Positions 38,777 through 49,667 of a stretch of DNA of 64,000 bases are shown here, in pieces. The stretch lies in contig CANQSP010000001.1 in assembly GCA_947626555.1 (NCBI GenBank), forward strand, positions 42 through 64,041, written 5' to 3'. The translations under genes and the position numbers were made by a program. The notes below the pieces were generated by a model, which made no database searches, was not told where the DNA came from, and was given only the letters and a program-made list of their open reading frames with translations. Position 1 is the stretch's first letter, and each line of letters begins with the position of its first letter. Source of the DNA: an uncultured Clostridia bacterium (GTDB taxonomy: Bacteria > Bacillota > Clostridia > TANB77 > CAG-508).

Positions 38777-39928
38777 ATGCGGTCAAGAGTGATAGCATCA
38801 ACAAAGGTAGGTTATGAACTTCCTATCGAGGAAGCAATCGAGTTTTCAGGCAAAGAAGCGGGTATTTGCTATATGCCTGATACGGTGGACGAGATTTTTA
38901 ACGAGCCGACAGAAAAAACGATGAAAAGGGTTATGGGAAACATGGCGTCTAACCATCATAGTGTGTTTGGACATGTTAGGTATAACTTTGTATTTGAGGA
39001 TATTCCGAAAATATTAGCTATGTTTCTTAATAACGAGAAGGTATACGACACTTCTGAGAAGTCGGCAAGGTTTACTAAAATGAAACCTTCAAAAGACGAA
39101 AAAGAGCTGTATGAGAAGTGGATTGAAATTTTTAAAATTCGTATACATGAGTTGTATCCTGACATCAAAGAAAGGCAATTAGGGAGACTTGCCCAGGAAA
39201 ATGCACGCTATTTAATTAGTGTATTTACGCCGGCAACGGTCATGGGCTATTCGGTTACCTTTCAACAGTTCAGCTATATTCTTCATTTTATGGAGGATTA
39301 CATTCAAAAAGAGGAAGATACAGAGTTTAATAAGTTGCTTAAACCGTATTTACAGGAATTTGTGGATATCCACGCTAAATTTAAAGTGGAAGGAATTAAC
39401 CCAGATTCCAAAAACAGAAAGCTTGCCTTATTTTCAAAGGTACGAAGAAAAGAAGAATGGGGAGAAAATTATTGTTGCAACTATTTAGCAACATTTTCTC
39501 AAGAAGCACAAGGAATGCGTCACAGAACAACGAAAAATGAAATTTATGAGTATTCTTTGTATTCAAATCTGTTTTTCACACCTCCTTGCATTAGAGGAAC
39601 GGCGTTGGAGGAAAAGTGGTTAGATGATATTAGAAGTCTTTCCAAGAATTTCCCGCAGGGAAAGTTAGTTCTTGTTAACGAAAGAGGTTCAGTAGAAGAT
39701 TTTGTGCAAAAATGCAAGGAACGCTTATGCGGATGTGCACAGCTTGAAATTGCACTTCAGACAAAGAGAACTTTAGAAGAATATTTAAGAAATACAAAAG
39801 AAACAGATGAAAGAGTATACAACTACCTTTTACAGTATGCAAATGGCGCAAGGTGTACGTTCCCAGATTATACATGTAATAAGCCTTGTATCTGGGGAGC
39901 CAAAGGTGCGTTTGAAAGGTTAGTGTAA
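38777..39928 (+). CDS. ThyX-like (flavin-dependent thymidylate synthase family) protein, divergent long paralog 1
   Basis: HHSVFGH (cf. HExxxEH), SEKSARFTKM (cf. SxxSxRY), ENARYLISVFTPAT (cf. ARxxLP) but RHR replaced by NNEK, RHR found ~180 aa downstream; ATG 38777 after GGAGGG. Confidence 0.5.
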   Translation: MRSRVIASTKVGYELPIEEAIEFSGKEAGICYMPDTVDEIFNEPTEKTMKRVMGNMASNHHSVFGHVRYNFVFEDIPKILAMFLNNEKVYDTSEKSARFTKMKPSKDEKELYEKWIEIFKIRIHELYPDIKERQLGRLAQENARYLISVFTPATVMGYSVTFQQFSYILHFMEDYIQKEEDTEFNKLLKPYLQEFVDIHAKFKVEGINPDSKNRKLALFSKVRRKEEWGENYCCNYLATFSQEAQGMRHRTTKNEIYEYSLYSNLFFTPPCIRGTALEEKWLDDIRSLSKNFPQGKLVLVNERGSVEDFVQKCKERLCGCAQLEIALQTKRTLEEYLRNTKETDERVYNYLLQYANGARCTFPDYTCNKPCIWGAKGAFERLV

Positions 39929-39936
39929 TAAAAAGT

Positions 39937-39975
39937 TAGGGACTTGCTAGCAAACTTGTTGGCAAGTTCCTTATT
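39937..39975 (+). terminator. terminator after ThyX-like 1
   Basis: GGGACTTGCTAGCAAACTTGTTGGCAAGTTCC near-perfect palindrome + T-run. Confidence 0.5.
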
Positions 39976-40154
39976 GTTTGCTAAATGTGCAAAAATATTA
40001 AGCCAAAATAACAGAAAAATAACGAAAAGTAATGCAAAAGTACTTGACAAAATTGAAAAAATAGTGTAAAGTATAATAGCATTACAAAAGAGCAAGGGTA
40101 AATAAAATAATTTTAAGGATTATTTTTTTGTGCCTTATGGAAGGATGGTAGGAA

Positions 40155-40502
40155 ATGGAGAAAAACGTTAAAGTAAGTATGCTATGTGAAATATATGGCA
40201 AGCTTTTAACTAAAAAACAGCTTGAAGTCTTAACAGACTATTATAATAATGACCTATCACTTTCTGAAATTGCTGAAAACAATAAAATAACAAGGCAAGC
40301 TGTTAGAGACATTATAAAGAAAGGGGAGAATAAACTTTTCGAACTAGAAGAAAAGCTTTTGTTTATGAAAAAGATGATGGAACAAGAACAAAAATTACAA
40401 GAAGTTTTAAATGAACTAAGTAAAATAGAAGACACATCTTCTGACAAGAAAATTGAAAAGATTTTAAATCATGTAAGAAAAGAATTAAGTTGTTTAGTTT
40501 AA
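40155..40502 (+). CDS. ylxM: YlxM/UPF0122 HTH protein upstream of ffh
   Basis: 115 aa; conserved position and sequence (LTKKQLEVLTDYYNNDLSLSEIAE). Confidence 0.85.
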   Translation: MEKNVKVSMLCEIYGKLLTKKQLEVLTDYYNNDLSLSEIAENNKITRQAVRDIIKKGENKLFELEEKLLFMKKMMEQEQKLQEVLNELSKIEDTSSDKKIEKILNHVRKELSCLV

Positions 40503-40547
40503 TATCTTAAAAACTTCTAAATAACACATAAGATGGGAGGATTAAAG

Positions 40548-41900
40548 ATGGCATTTGAGGGATTATCTTCAAAACTTCAAGATATAACAAGAAAATTAAG
40601 AGGTAAAGCGAGAATTACAGAGTCAGATTTAAAAGATATGCTAAGAGAGGTTAAATTAGCATTATTAGAAGCTGATGTTAACTATAAAATAGTAAAAGAT
40701 TTTATAGCAACAATACAAGAAAAAGCTTTAGGTCAAGATGTGCTAAAATCTTTAACTCCAGGTCAACAAGTAATAAAAATAGTAAAAGATGAACTAATAG
40801 AACTTTTAGGTGGACAAGAGAGTAAAATTAACTTTACACCTAATCCTCCAACAATTATAATGTTGGTGGGTTTGCAAGGTTCAGGTAAAACTACTACAGC
40901 AGGAAAGCTTGCAAACATATTAAGAAAACAGGGGAAAAAGCCATTATTAGTTGCATGTGACGTGTATAGGCCAGCTGCTATTAAACAATTACAAGTTGTT
41001 GGTAGCCAGCTTTCAATACCAGTATATGCAAACGAAAATTCAAAAGATGTTGTTCATATAGCAAAACAGGCAGTAAGTGTTGCAATTAGTAAGTTGAATG
41101 ATGTTGTAATACTAGATACAGCAGGTAGACTTCATATAGATGAAGAATTAATGCAGGAACTAAAAAATATAAAAGCAAATGTTAGACCACATGAAATATT
41201 ATTAGTTGTAGATTCTATGACAGGTCAAGATGCAGTAAATGTTGCTACTTCATTTAATGAAAGTGTAGGAATAGATGGAGTTGTTTTAACAAAATTAGAT
41301 GGTGATACTCGTGGTGGAGCTGCTCTATCTGTAAAAAAAGTTACAGGAAAGCCTATAAAATTTGCAGCAATAGGTGAAAAACTAAGCGATATTGAAGTAT
41401 TTAGTCCAGAAAGAATGGCATCAAGAATCTTAGGTATGGGAGATGTACTTTCAATTATAGAAAAAGCGGAAGAAGCATTTGATGAAGAAGAAGCTAAGAA
41501 AATTGAGGAAAGTTTAAAAAAGAAAGAATTTGATTTAGAAGACTATTTAACTCAATTAAGACAAGTAAAGAAAATGGGTTCATTTTCATCACTTTTAAAA
41601 ATGATACCAGGAATGGCAAACATAAATGACTTAAAAGTGGATGATAAAGAGTTTGTTAGAATAGAAGCAATGATTTGTTCTATGACTAAGGAAGAAAGAA
41701 AAAATCCTAGATTATTAAATGCTAGTCGCCGAATAAGAATTGCCAAAGGAAGCGGAACAAGTGTGCAACAAATAAATCAATTTATGAAATCTTTTGAAAT
41801 GACACAAAAAATGATGAAAAAAGTACAAAATGGAAAAGGTGGATTAAAAAATATGATGAAAAACTTTAATCCAAATGACCTTAAACAGTACATGAAATAG
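40548..41900 (+). CDS. ffh: signal recognition particle protein Ffh
   Basis: GLQGSGKTTT, DTAGR, TKLDGD GTPase motifs + M domain; ATG 40548 after GGGAGG. Confidence 0.95.
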   Translation: MAFEGLSSKLQDITRKLRGKARITESDLKDMLREVKLALLEADVNYKIVKDFIATIQEKALGQDVLKSLTPGQQVIKIVKDELIELLGGQESKINFTPNPPTIIMLVGLQGSGKTTTAGKLANILRKQGKKPLLVACDVYRPAAIKQLQVVGSQLSIPVYANENSKDVVHIAKQAVSVAISKLNDVVILDTAGRLHIDEELMQELKNIKANVRPHEILLVVDSMTGQDAVNVATSFNESVGIDGVVLTKLDGDTRGGAALSVKKVTGKPIKFAAIGEKLSDIEVFSPERMASRILGMGDVLSIIEKAEEAFDEEEAKKIEESLKKKEFDLEDYLTQLRQVKKMGSFSSLLKMIPGMANINDLKVDDKEFVRIEAMICSMTKEERKNPRLLNASRRIRIAKGSGTSVQQINQFMKSFEMTQKMMKKVQNGKGGLKNMMKNFNPNDLKQYMK

Positions 41901-42015
41901 TTATATTAGATTTAGCTCATATAAATTATTTTTTAAATTCATATATGAGTGAAATTAATATATAAATTTAGTTTTTAATTTTAAAATATATATATTTTAT
42001 TTGGAGGTGAAAATA

Positions 42016-42249
42016 ATGGTAAAAATTAGATTACAAAGAGTTGGTGCTAAAAAAGCTCCATTTTACCATATAGTAGTTGCAGATTCTAGAGTAGCTAGAG
42101 ATGGAAAGATAATTGAGCAAATTGGAACATATGATCCAATGACAAATCCATCTAAAATAGTTCTAGATAAAGAAAAAGTAGCAACATGGATAAAAAATGG
42201 TGCAAAACCAACTGATACGGTAAAAGCTTTAATAGATAAAGTTAAATAA
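42016..42249 (+). CDS. rpsP: 30S ribosomal protein S16
   Basis: [25 protein letters not shown]; ATG 42016 after GGAGGTG. Confidence 0.93.
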   Translation: MVKIRLQRVGAKKAPFYHIVVADSRVARDGKIIEQIGTYDPMTNPSKIVLDKEKVATWIKNGAKPTDTVKALIDKVK

Positions 42250-42353
42250 TTAATATGATACCTAAAGATATTTAATAAAGTAAAAAAATAGAGTTATAAT
42301 ATTAAATTACAATAAAGTAAGAATTATTATAAGCTTAAGTAGGAGGAATCCTA

Positions 42354-42587
42354 ATGAAGGAAATTTTAGAAATAATAATAAAGAATCTTGTAGAAGATGA
42401 AAACTCAGTATCTGTAACAGAAAAAGAAGAAAATGGAACAATTATTTTAGAAGTAAAAGTATCAGATAAAGATATGGGAAAAGTAATTGGAAGACAAGGA
42501 AGAATTGCAAAAGCAATAAGAACAGTAATGAAATCAGTATCAGCCAAAGAACATAAAAAAGTTAATGTTGAATTTTTAGATAATTAA
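42354..42587 (+). CDS. KH-domain RNA-binding protein (YlqC/UPF0109)
   Basis: VIGRQGRIAKAIRTV KH motif; conserved operon position. Confidence 0.85.
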   Translation: MKEILEIIIKNLVEDENSVSVTEKEENGTIILEVKVSDKDMGKVIGRQGRIAKAIRTVMKSVSAKEHKKVNVEFLDN

Positions 42588-42596
42588 GAGGTATTT

Positions 42597-43106
42597 ATGC
42601 AGAAGTATTTAGAGGTTGGTCAAATTGTAAATACATTTGGAGTAAAGGGTTATGTAAAAGTAAAGCCATTTACAGATGATATTAAAAGATTTGAAGAGTT
42701 AAAAACAATATATATTTGCAGAAAAAATGAAATGGAGCAAGTTCAAATAGAAGAGGTAAAATATCATAAAGATATGGTTCTGTTAAAAATAAAAGGAATA
42801 GAAGATTTAACAGAGGCAGAAAAGTATAAAGGTTTATTTTTAAAAATAGACAGAAAAGATGCTAAGAAATTACCAGAAGGAACTTATTTTATTGCAGATT
42901 TAATAGGCTTGGAAGTGTACTCAGATAATGAAGACTATTTAGGAAAAGTAGATGATATATTTCCAGCTGGAAGTAGAGATGTATATGTTGTTAAAGATGA
43001 GTCAGGCAAGCAATTATTACTTCCGGGAATACCAGATGTTATAAAAAAGATTGATTTAGAAAATGAAAGAATAATAGTTCACTTACTTGAAGGTTTAGTA
43101 GATTAA
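42597..43106 (+). CDS. rimM: 16S rRNA processing protein RimM
   Basis: N-terminal conserved GxxxxxxGxKGxVKV, PRC barrel; position. Confidence 0.9.
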   Translation: MQKYLEVGQIVNTFGVKGYVKVKPFTDDIKRFEELKTIYICRKNEMEQVQIEEVKYHKDMVLLKIKGIEDLTEAEKYKGLFLKIDRKDAKKLPEGTYFIADLIGLEVYSDNEDYLGKVDDIFPAGSRDVYVVKDESGKQLLLPGIPDVIKKIDLENERIIVHLLEGLVD

Positions 43107-43122
43107 AGAAAGAGGAAGAAAA

Positions 43123-43788
43123 ATGCAATTTGATGTGCTTACACTTTTTCCTGAAATGTTTGAACCAGTTAAACAAAGCATAGTAGGAAGAGCAGAGGAA
43201 AAGGGGCTAATAAGAATTAATTTAATAAATATTAGAGACTTTTCAAAAGATAAACATAAAAAAGTAGATGATACACCATATGGCGGTGGAGCTGGAATGG
43301 TTATGAGACCAGATGTTGTGTATGATGCATATTCTTCTATAAAAAATAAGGAAAATGCAAAAATGATTTATTTGTCTCCACAAGGAAATGTATTAAATCA
43401 AAAAAAAGTAGTAGAACTATCTAAACAAGAACATATAATTTTACTTTGTGGGCATTATGAAGGTATTGATCAAAGAGTTATAGATGAGATTGTAGATGAG
43501 GAAATATCAATAGGTGATTATGTACTAACAGGAGGAGAACTTCCTGCAATGGTACTTATAGATTCAGTAAGTAGATATGTAGAAGGCGTTTTAGCAGAAG
43601 AATCAACGAAAGAAGAATCATTTAGTGAAAATCTTTTAGAGTATCCTCAGTATACAAGACCAGAGGAATTTAGAGGTAAAAAGGTTCCAGAAGTATTAGT
43701 GTCTGGACACCATCAAAATATTCACAAATGGAGAAAAGAAAAGTCGTTAGAAATAACAAAACAAAAAAGGCCAGATTTATTAAAATAA
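43123..43788 (+). CDS. trmD: tRNA (guanine37-N1)-methyltransferase
   Basis: MQFDVLTLFPEMF..., DDTPYGGGAGMVMRPD SPOUT motifs. Confidence 0.93.
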   Translation: MQFDVLTLFPEMFEPVKQSIVGRAEEKGLIRINLINIRDFSKDKHKKVDDTPYGGGAGMVMRPDVVYDAYSSIKNKENAKMIYLSPQGNVLNQKKVVELSKQEHIILLCGHYEGIDQRVIDEIVDEEISIGDYVLTGGELPAMVLIDSVSRYVEGVLAEESTKEESFSENLLEYPQYTRPEEFRGKKVPEVLVSGHHQNIHKWRKEKSLEITKQKRPDLLK

Positions 43789-43858
43789 TTTGGAAAAATT
43801 AGGCGCCATCGTCAAAGGCGATGCGACACTTAAGTATATATGAAAGGAGAATATCGAA

Positions 43859-44497
43859 ATGGATATTATAAAATCAATAGAACATGAACAATTAAAAAAT
43901 AAAATTCCTGACCTTCATGTAGGTGATACTGTTAGAGTACACCAAAAAATAAAAGAAGGAAACAGAGAAAGAATACAAGTATTTGAAGGAATAATAATAA
44001 AGAAACAAAATGGGGGAGTTAATGCTACATTTACTGTAAGAAGAATATCTTATGGTGTAGGTGTAGAAAAAACATTCTTAATTCATTCACCATTAGTAGA
44101 AAAAGTTGAATTAGTTAGAGTTGGAAAATCTAGAAGAGCAAAATTATATTATTTAAGAGATAGAGTTGGAAAGTCTGCTAAGACTAGAGAAAATTTAGCA
44201 GCTAGAATAGAAGACAAAGAAATAACTGTTAAAGAAGATTTAGTAGAAGAAGTTCCAGAAGAGACAACTGTAGAAACTAAGAATGATGCTACAGAAAGTG
44301 CTAAAAGTGAAACTACTGCAAAAGAGAGTACTGAAGTTAAAGAAGCTACTAAAGTGGAAGAAAAAGTTGAAGTTAAGGAAGATGCAAAAGTAGAATCAGC
44401 TCCAGAAGAAGCTCCAGCAGTTAAAACAGAAAAACCAGTAGAACAAGAAGTTGTAGATACAGTTAAAGAAGAAAAAGTAGATGAAGTAAAAGATTAG
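43859..44497 (+). CDS. rplS: 50S ribosomal protein L19 with ~100-aa acidic K/E/T-rich C-terminal extension
   Basis: Residues 1-115 canonical L19 ([25 protein letters not shown]...), then low-complexity tail [24 protein letters not shown]...VDEVKD in same ORF. Confidence 0.88.
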   Translation: MDIIKSIEHEQLKNKIPDLHVGDTVRVHQKIKEGNRERIQVFEGIIIKKQNGGVNATFTVRRISYGVGVEKTFLIHSPLVEKVELVRVGKSRRAKLYYLRDRVGKSAKTRENLAARIEDKEITVKEDLVEEVPEETTVETKNDATESAKSETTAKESTEVKEATKVEEKVEVKEDAKVESAPEEAPAVKTEKPVEQEVVDTVKEEKVDEVKD

Positions 44498-44507
44498 AAT
44501 TCGAAGG

Positions 44508-44546
44508 CAAATAAACCTAAATTGAATTTGGGTTTATTTGCTTTTT
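44508..44546 (+). terminator. rho-independent terminator after rplS
   Basis: GCAAATAAACC-loop-GGGTTTATTTGC + TTTTT. Confidence 0.8.
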
Positions 44547-44584
44547 GATTATTAAAATTACAAAGGAAAATGGAGGAGTATAAA

Positions 44585-45505
44585 ATGGAAAAAAAGTCAA
44601 ATACAGTATGGATAATAACAACAGTATTATTAATATTAATAATATTTGGCTTATTAGCTTATATTTTTTGGGGTTTCATTAATGATAAAAATGAGAATAT
44701 TAATGAACAGATATTATCAGAGGTAGAAGAAAATATAAATCAAAATAAAAAAGACCAGTTATTAATAAAATCTGAAATCTATACTACTGACTTAAACCAA
44801 AATAATGACAAAGAAGAAACGCAAATTAATTATTATGGAAATGCTAAAGAAAAATATGATGGTAAAGACTTTAGAGCATATACATACAACAAGGTAGAAA
44901 TAGTAGTAAAAGAATCTGAAAAAACAAATTCGTTAATTGTAGATGGAAATTTTACAGTTTCTAATATTGTAGATATTAGTAAAGATGATCATTTTTCTGA
45001 AATAGTACTTATGGAAGAGGTAAGCGACGAACAATATAAAGATTCAATATTTATAGAGTATGATGGAAAGACATTAAAAACGATTAAAGTAAATTATGCT
45101 GATGATTCAATAAAAACGTATAACTATATGAATAATATGGATAAGGAAGTTCAATATATAAGTAATGGTAAAGATGGTAAAATGGAAATTTCAGATGGTG
45201 AAAATTATGTAACAGTAATTTCTCAATTAGGAAAAATGGAAAAGTATGTATTAAATGAATCACATGAATTTGAGTTGGAAGAGTGTAAACTTATATATGA
45301 CAAAGACTTTTATCAAGATAATTTGAAAGAAGTACAAAGTAGTATAAAAGTTTATGATGACGCAAATTTATCTTCAGAGTCTTATGGAGCACAGGAAGTA
45401 TCAAATATAGAAGTGCTTGAAGTATTGGATAATTGGCTAAAAGTAAAATTAAAGTCTACAGGAGTAATTACATTTGCATATATAGATGATATTAAGGATT
45501 TATAA
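44585..45505 (+). CDS. hypothetical N-terminally membrane-anchored protein
   Basis: GGAGGAG RBS 6 nt before ATG 44585; single TM (VWIITTVLLILIIFGLLAYIFWGF) then soluble domain. Confidence 0.45.
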   Translation: MEKKSNTVWIITTVLLILIIFGLLAYIFWGFINDKNENINEQILSEVEENINQNKKDQLLIKSEIYTTDLNQNNDKEETQINYYGNAKEKYDGKDFRAYTYNKVEIVVKESEKTNSLIVDGNFTVSNIVDISKDDHFSEIVLMEEVSDEQYKDSIFIEYDGKTLKTIKVNYADDSIKTYNYMNNMDKEVQYISNGKDGKMEISDGENYVTVISQLGKMEKYVLNESHEFELEECKLIYDKDFYQDNLKEVQSSIKVYDDANLSSESYGAQEVSNIEVLEVLDNWLKVKLKSTGVITFAYIDDIKDL

Positions 45506-45546
45506 AAATATATACTAAATAAATTTATTTAAAATACTTTTTAACA

Positions 45547-45590
45547 AAAAATAGAGAATATTTTACTATTAATAAAATGTTCTCTATTTT
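45547..45590. terminator. bidirectional terminator between convergent genes
   Basis: AAATAGAGAA-loop-TTCTCTATTT flanked by A/T runs. Confidence 0.6.
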
Positions 45591-45613
45591 TAACTTTTTT
45601 GTATAAAAAATAC

Positions 45614-47995
45614 TTATTTTGACAATTCTGCGTATTTTTTTAATTTTTCATAGACTAAATTATTGATACTTCCAGCAGGGAATTTTCCTTTTGAGTCTTT
45701 TTTTCCACCAGGAACACCTGTTAAAATTTCAATTCCTTCATCTATGTTAGAAATAGGGTATATATGGAATTTGTTTTCTTTAACTGCATTAAGTACTTCA
45801 TCTGATAGAGTTAAATTTTTTACATTCTGGATAGGTATCATAACTCCATGTGAACCATCTAAGCCTCTTAATTTGCAAATTTGGAAGAAACCTTCTATTT
45901 TATCATTTACACCACCAATAGGTTGAATTTCACCTTTTTGATTTACAGAACCAGTAACAGCAATAGATTGATTAATTGGAATTCCTGAAAGACTAGAAAG
46001 TAGGGCATAAAGCTCAGTACTAGAAGCACTATCACCATCTACACCATTGTATAGTTGTTCAAAGCATATACTAGCTGTAAGAGATAAAGGAATGTCTTGC
46101 GCAAATTTTTCTCCTAAATATGCACTTAATATAAATACACCTTTTGTATGAGAAGAACCAGAAAGTTCTACTTCACGTTCTATATTTATAATTCCATTTT
46201 TACCTGTATAAGTATTGGCTGTAATTTTTACAGGTTTACCAAATGTATAATCTCCAATAGTCATAATAGTTAAGCCATTAATTTGTCCTACTTTAAATCC
46301 AGAAGTATCTATTAAAAGAGTATTATCTTGTATCATTTCCAAATATTTGGCATCATATTTTTTTATTCTTTCGATTCTTTCTTTTAAAGCTTTATCTACA
46401 TATTCTGCAGATACTACTTTTTTCTTATCCATTAAAGCCCATGTTCCAGATTCACCTACTACTTCTGCTAAATCGTTAAATCTAGTAGACAATTTTGTTC
46501 TATCCTCAGATAATCTACTTGCGTATTCAACAATTTTTGCAACTGCTGTTTTATCTAAAGGTGGAAGATCTTCTTGTTTGCAAAAACCACATATAAATCT
46601 AGCGAGTTTTACTTTATTTTCAGTAGTATTTGGAGCATCATCTTCAAATTCTACTTTAATTTTAAATAATTTCTTAAAATCATTATCCATAGCAAGAAGT
46701 GTTTGATATATAGCTTCACTTCCAATTAAAATAACTTTTAAGTCTAAAGGAATAGGTTCAGGTTTTAATGAAACCATTACCATAGAGCTACGTTGGTCTG
46801 CTGTATTTTCAATTGCAATTTCTTTTACACGTAAAGCTTTTTTTAAAGCATCATAACAAATACCATTTGAAAGCAAATCATTTGCTTGGAAAATAATATA
46901 ACCACCGTTTGCATTTTGCATAAGTCCTGGTTTTAGCATAGTATGGTCAGTTTTTAAAGCACCATAATAATTCTCATATTCTAATTTTCCAAATATATTG
47001 TGATAAGAATAATTAGAATCCATAATTACAGGAGCACCTTGTAAATTACTATTATCTACAAATAAATTAACTCGATAATTTAACCAAGGTTTTGGCATTT
47101 CAGGTCTTGGTGCAGATGCTTGTTGATGTTTAATATTATCATCTCTATTAATGAATAAAGGAATATTTTTTAAAATATCTTGCTTTATATCATTTAAAAA
47201 TTTATTAATTTTTTTATTTCTTTTATATTTAGATTTTATATAGTTTATGTGTGTATTAACTGTAAGAAGAGCAATATTTGATTGCCAATCATCAATTCTT
47301 TTATCAGATGCTCTTTCAATTTCTTTAATTTTGCTAATAACCTCAATAATTTGCTGTTGAACAATATTAGATTTTTCCTCAAAATCCTTTTTTACGTCTT
47401 CATCTAATTTATCAAATTCATCTTCTTCAATGGTTTTTCCATCTATAACAGGCATCATGTAAATACCATTTTGAGCAGATTTTACCTGAAAACCATATTT
47501 TAAAGAGTCTAAATTTAATTTTTCAAGTAAAGAAGCACGTTTAGCTTCAAATTCTTGCTTGATTATACTTTTTTCTTTCTCAAAGTCATCATTATTAAAA
47601 GTTTTAGTAATATCTGTACGGATTTCTTTTATAAAAGTATCCATAGTTTCTTTAAATTCTTTACCTTGACCAGCAGGGAAAGAAACAGCAATAGGTTCAT
47701 TCGGATTGTCAAAATTATATATATAACACCAATCTGAAGGAACTTTTTTCTTTTTTGATAGTTCATCTAAATAATTTTTTGCATACATGGTTTTACCAAC
47801 ACCGCTAGGACCTTCCATATATATGTTATATCCTTTAACATTAACATTAACACCAAAATCTAATGCCTTAATACCTCTATCTTGACCTATACCTGTACTA
47901 ATAGGTTCTAATTCAGAGGTATCTTTAAAATCAAATATATCAGGGTCACATACGACCTTTAAATCCTTATAAGATAGTTCATTTCCTTTTTTCAT
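45614..47995 (-). CDS. Lon-like ATP-dependent protease (AAA+ module + S16 peptidase domain; LonC-type)
   Basis: GPSGVGKT Walker A; C-terminal DGDSASSTELYALLS...GGVNDKIEG Ser-Lys dyad region. Confidence 0.75.
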   Translation of the reverse strand: MKKGNELSYKDLKVVCDPDIFDFKDTSELEPISTGIGQDRGIKALDFGVNVNVKGYNIYMEGPSGVGKTMYAKNYLDELSKKKKVPSDWCYIYNFDNPNEPIAVSFPAGQGKEFKETMDTFIKEIRTDITKTFNNDDFEKEKSIIKQEFEAKRASLLEKLNLDSLKYGFQVKSAQNGIYMMPVIDGKTIEEDEFDKLDEDVKKDFEEKSNIVQQQIIEVISKIKEIERASDKRIDDWQSNIALLTVNTHINYIKSKYKRNKKINKFLNDIKQDILKNIPLFINRDDNIKHQQASAPRPEMPKPWLNYRVNLFVDNSNLQGAPVIMDSNYSYHNIFGKLEYENYYGALKTDHTMLKPGLMQNANGGYIIFQANDLLSNGICYDALKKALRVKEIAIENTADQRSSMVMVSLKPEPIPLDLKVILIGSEAIYQTLLAMDNDFKKLFKIKVEFEDDAPNTTENKVKLARFICGFCKQEDLPPLDKTAVAKIVEYASRLSEDRTKLSTRFNDLAEVVGESGTWALMDKKKVVSAEYVDKALKERIERIKKYDAKYLEMIQDNTLLIDTSGFKVGQINGLTIMTIGDYTFGKPVKITANTYTGKNGIINIEREVELSGSSHTKGVFILSAYLGEKFAQDIPLSLTASICFEQLYNGVDGDSASSTELYALLSSLSGIPINQSIAVTGSVNQKGEIQPIGGVNDKIEGFFQICKLRGLDGSHGVMIPIQNVKNLTLSDEVLNAVKENKFHIYPISNIDEGIEILTGVPGGKKDSKGKFPAGSINNLVYEKLKKYAELSK

Positions 47996-48161
47996 TAGTT
48001 GCTCCTTTCAAAATTACAAATACGTTTAAATATTTTTAAATATTATTTAAATATTATTTTAATATTATATATTAGAAATTATATATTAGAAAAATATGGA
48101 GTTAAAAATCAAGTCATTAGGATTAAAATATTCAAAATGCAAGATATAAAAATTAAATAAA

Positions 48162-48608
48162 TTAAAAATATAAAGTCATTATAATTGCATTTTCTTTACC
48201 ATCATAGTATTTTTTTCTAACACCGACATTCTTAAAACCAAATTTTTCATATAAATGTATAGCTATTTTATTATTTTCATTGACTTCTAGGGTAATTAAA
48301 GAGCAGTTCTTTTTAGAAAATTCGATTAATTCACGAAGTAGGGAAGAAGCAACACCTTTATTTCTATAATCTTTTCTTGTTACTATATTCATAATATTTG
48401 CTTCATCTAGAATTCTCTTTATACCTGCAAAACCTACAATCTCATCAGAAACACTAGAAGATTTTGCTACAAAATAACTAGAATTAGTATTTACAATTTC
48501 TTCTTTTAATATTTCATAATTCCAAAAATTATCAAAATCTTTTTGCAAATTATCTTTAATAGATTCTAAATCACTAATTTTCATTTGTGAAATCTCTATG
48601 TTCAGCAT
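48162..48608 (-). CDS. rimI: ribosomal-protein-alanine N-acetyltransferase (GNAT)
   Basis: GNAT motifs (RNKGVASSLL), downstream of tsaB. Confidence 0.8.
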   Translation of the reverse strand: MLNIEISQMKISDLESIKDNLQKDFDNFWNYEILKEEIVNTNSSYFVAKSSSVSDEIVGFAGIKRILDEANIMNIVTRKDYRNKGVASSLLRELIEFSKKNCSLITLEVNENNKIAIHLYEKFGFKNVGVRKKYYDGKENAIIMTLYF

Positions 48609-48672
48609 AGTTAATTTTTAACCCCCGTCCCAAATTGTCCCATTTGTCTCAATTGGGGACAGTCCCCAATTG

Positions 48673-49446
48673 CTACTTTTCTCCTTCTAAAGCACGTTCC
48701 GCTTGAGATTTTCTTAAATATAAAGGAGTAACTGAATTTGAATCTCCATATAAACCTTGTTTATATTTGTAATAAGCACATTTTCCAATGCTTATACTGT
48801 TTTCGCTGTTAAGAGCTTCCATAACAAAGATTGATTTTGGTAATTTTTCTAAAATATTATATTTATATGATACAGAACCATCACCAACAAAAATAATAGG
48901 TCTTGAAGAATATTTTTTATCTAAATATTCTATCATTTGATTAATATTAAAAGCTTTAACATTTTCAATAGGTCTATAATGATTTTCATTTTCTTTAGTA
49001 GATGTTTTATCATCAAATTTTTTATCATCAAATTTTTCATCGTTAAATTTTTCAAATAGTCCGAAATAAACATTATCGTTTTTTGCATCTATTAATGAGC
49101 ATACAAGGTCAGTTTCATCTTTAAAATAAGATTTATTAACATTATGTGCTAGACCTTCTAATGAGCTTACAGAAACAACAGGTTTATTTGTAACATCAGC
49201 AAAGGCTTTTACTGTAGAAACTGCAATACGGACTCCTGTAAATGAACCAGGACCAATAGAACAAGCAAATAAATCAATGTCATTAATTGTGATATTTTGA
49301 CTTTTTAATATTGTATCTATAAGAGGCATTAGCTTTTGAGAATGTGTTTTTGTGTCTGTAATATGGTTCTCTATTATTACCTTTAAGTCATCTAATAAAG
49401 CAACTGAACATACATTTGATGATGTAGTAATGGCTAAAATTTTCAA
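48673..49446 (-). CDS. tsaB: tRNA t6A biosynthesis protein TsaB (YeaZ), with ~35-aa D/K-rich insertion
   Basis: MKILAITTSSNVCSVALLDD..., SIGPGSFTGVRIAVSTVKA; insertion FNDEKFDDKKFDDKTST. Confidence 0.85.
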   Translation of the reverse strand: MKILAITTSSNVCSVALLDDLKVIIENHITDTKTHSQKLMPLIDTILKSQNITINDIDLFACSIGPGSFTGVRIAVSTVKAFADVTNKPVVSVSSLEGLAHNVNKSYFKDETDLVCSLIDAKNDNVYFGLFEKFNDEKFDDKKFDDKTSTKENENHYRPIENVKAFNINQMIEYLDKKYSSRPIIFVGDGSVSYKYNILEKLPKSIFVMEALNSENSISIGKCAYYKYKQGLYGDSNSVTPLYLRKSQAERALEGEK

Positions 49447-49667
49447 TCTACGTTCCTCCTAAATAATCATCATTTTACAAACATATTCTATATTAAGAAG
49501 TTGAATTTGTAAATAATTTGACGAAAAAAAGTTGTAGAAAAAATTACGGTATGATATAATGACGAAAATTGAAAAATATAGTATTTTTTTGATAATTATA
49601 AAGTTGAATCTAAAAATCTAAAGATGAAGAAAATAAATGTTTTAAAGTAAAAGGAGGAAATGTAGTA

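Noticed and set aside
39219-39488. 89-aa ORF inside ThyX-like gene
   Set aside because: It is an internal alternate frame of a well-supported longer CDS.
44497-44497. Whether the L19 acidic tail is a separate downstream ORF
   Set aside because: There is no stop codon between the L19 core and the tail, so it is a single ORF.
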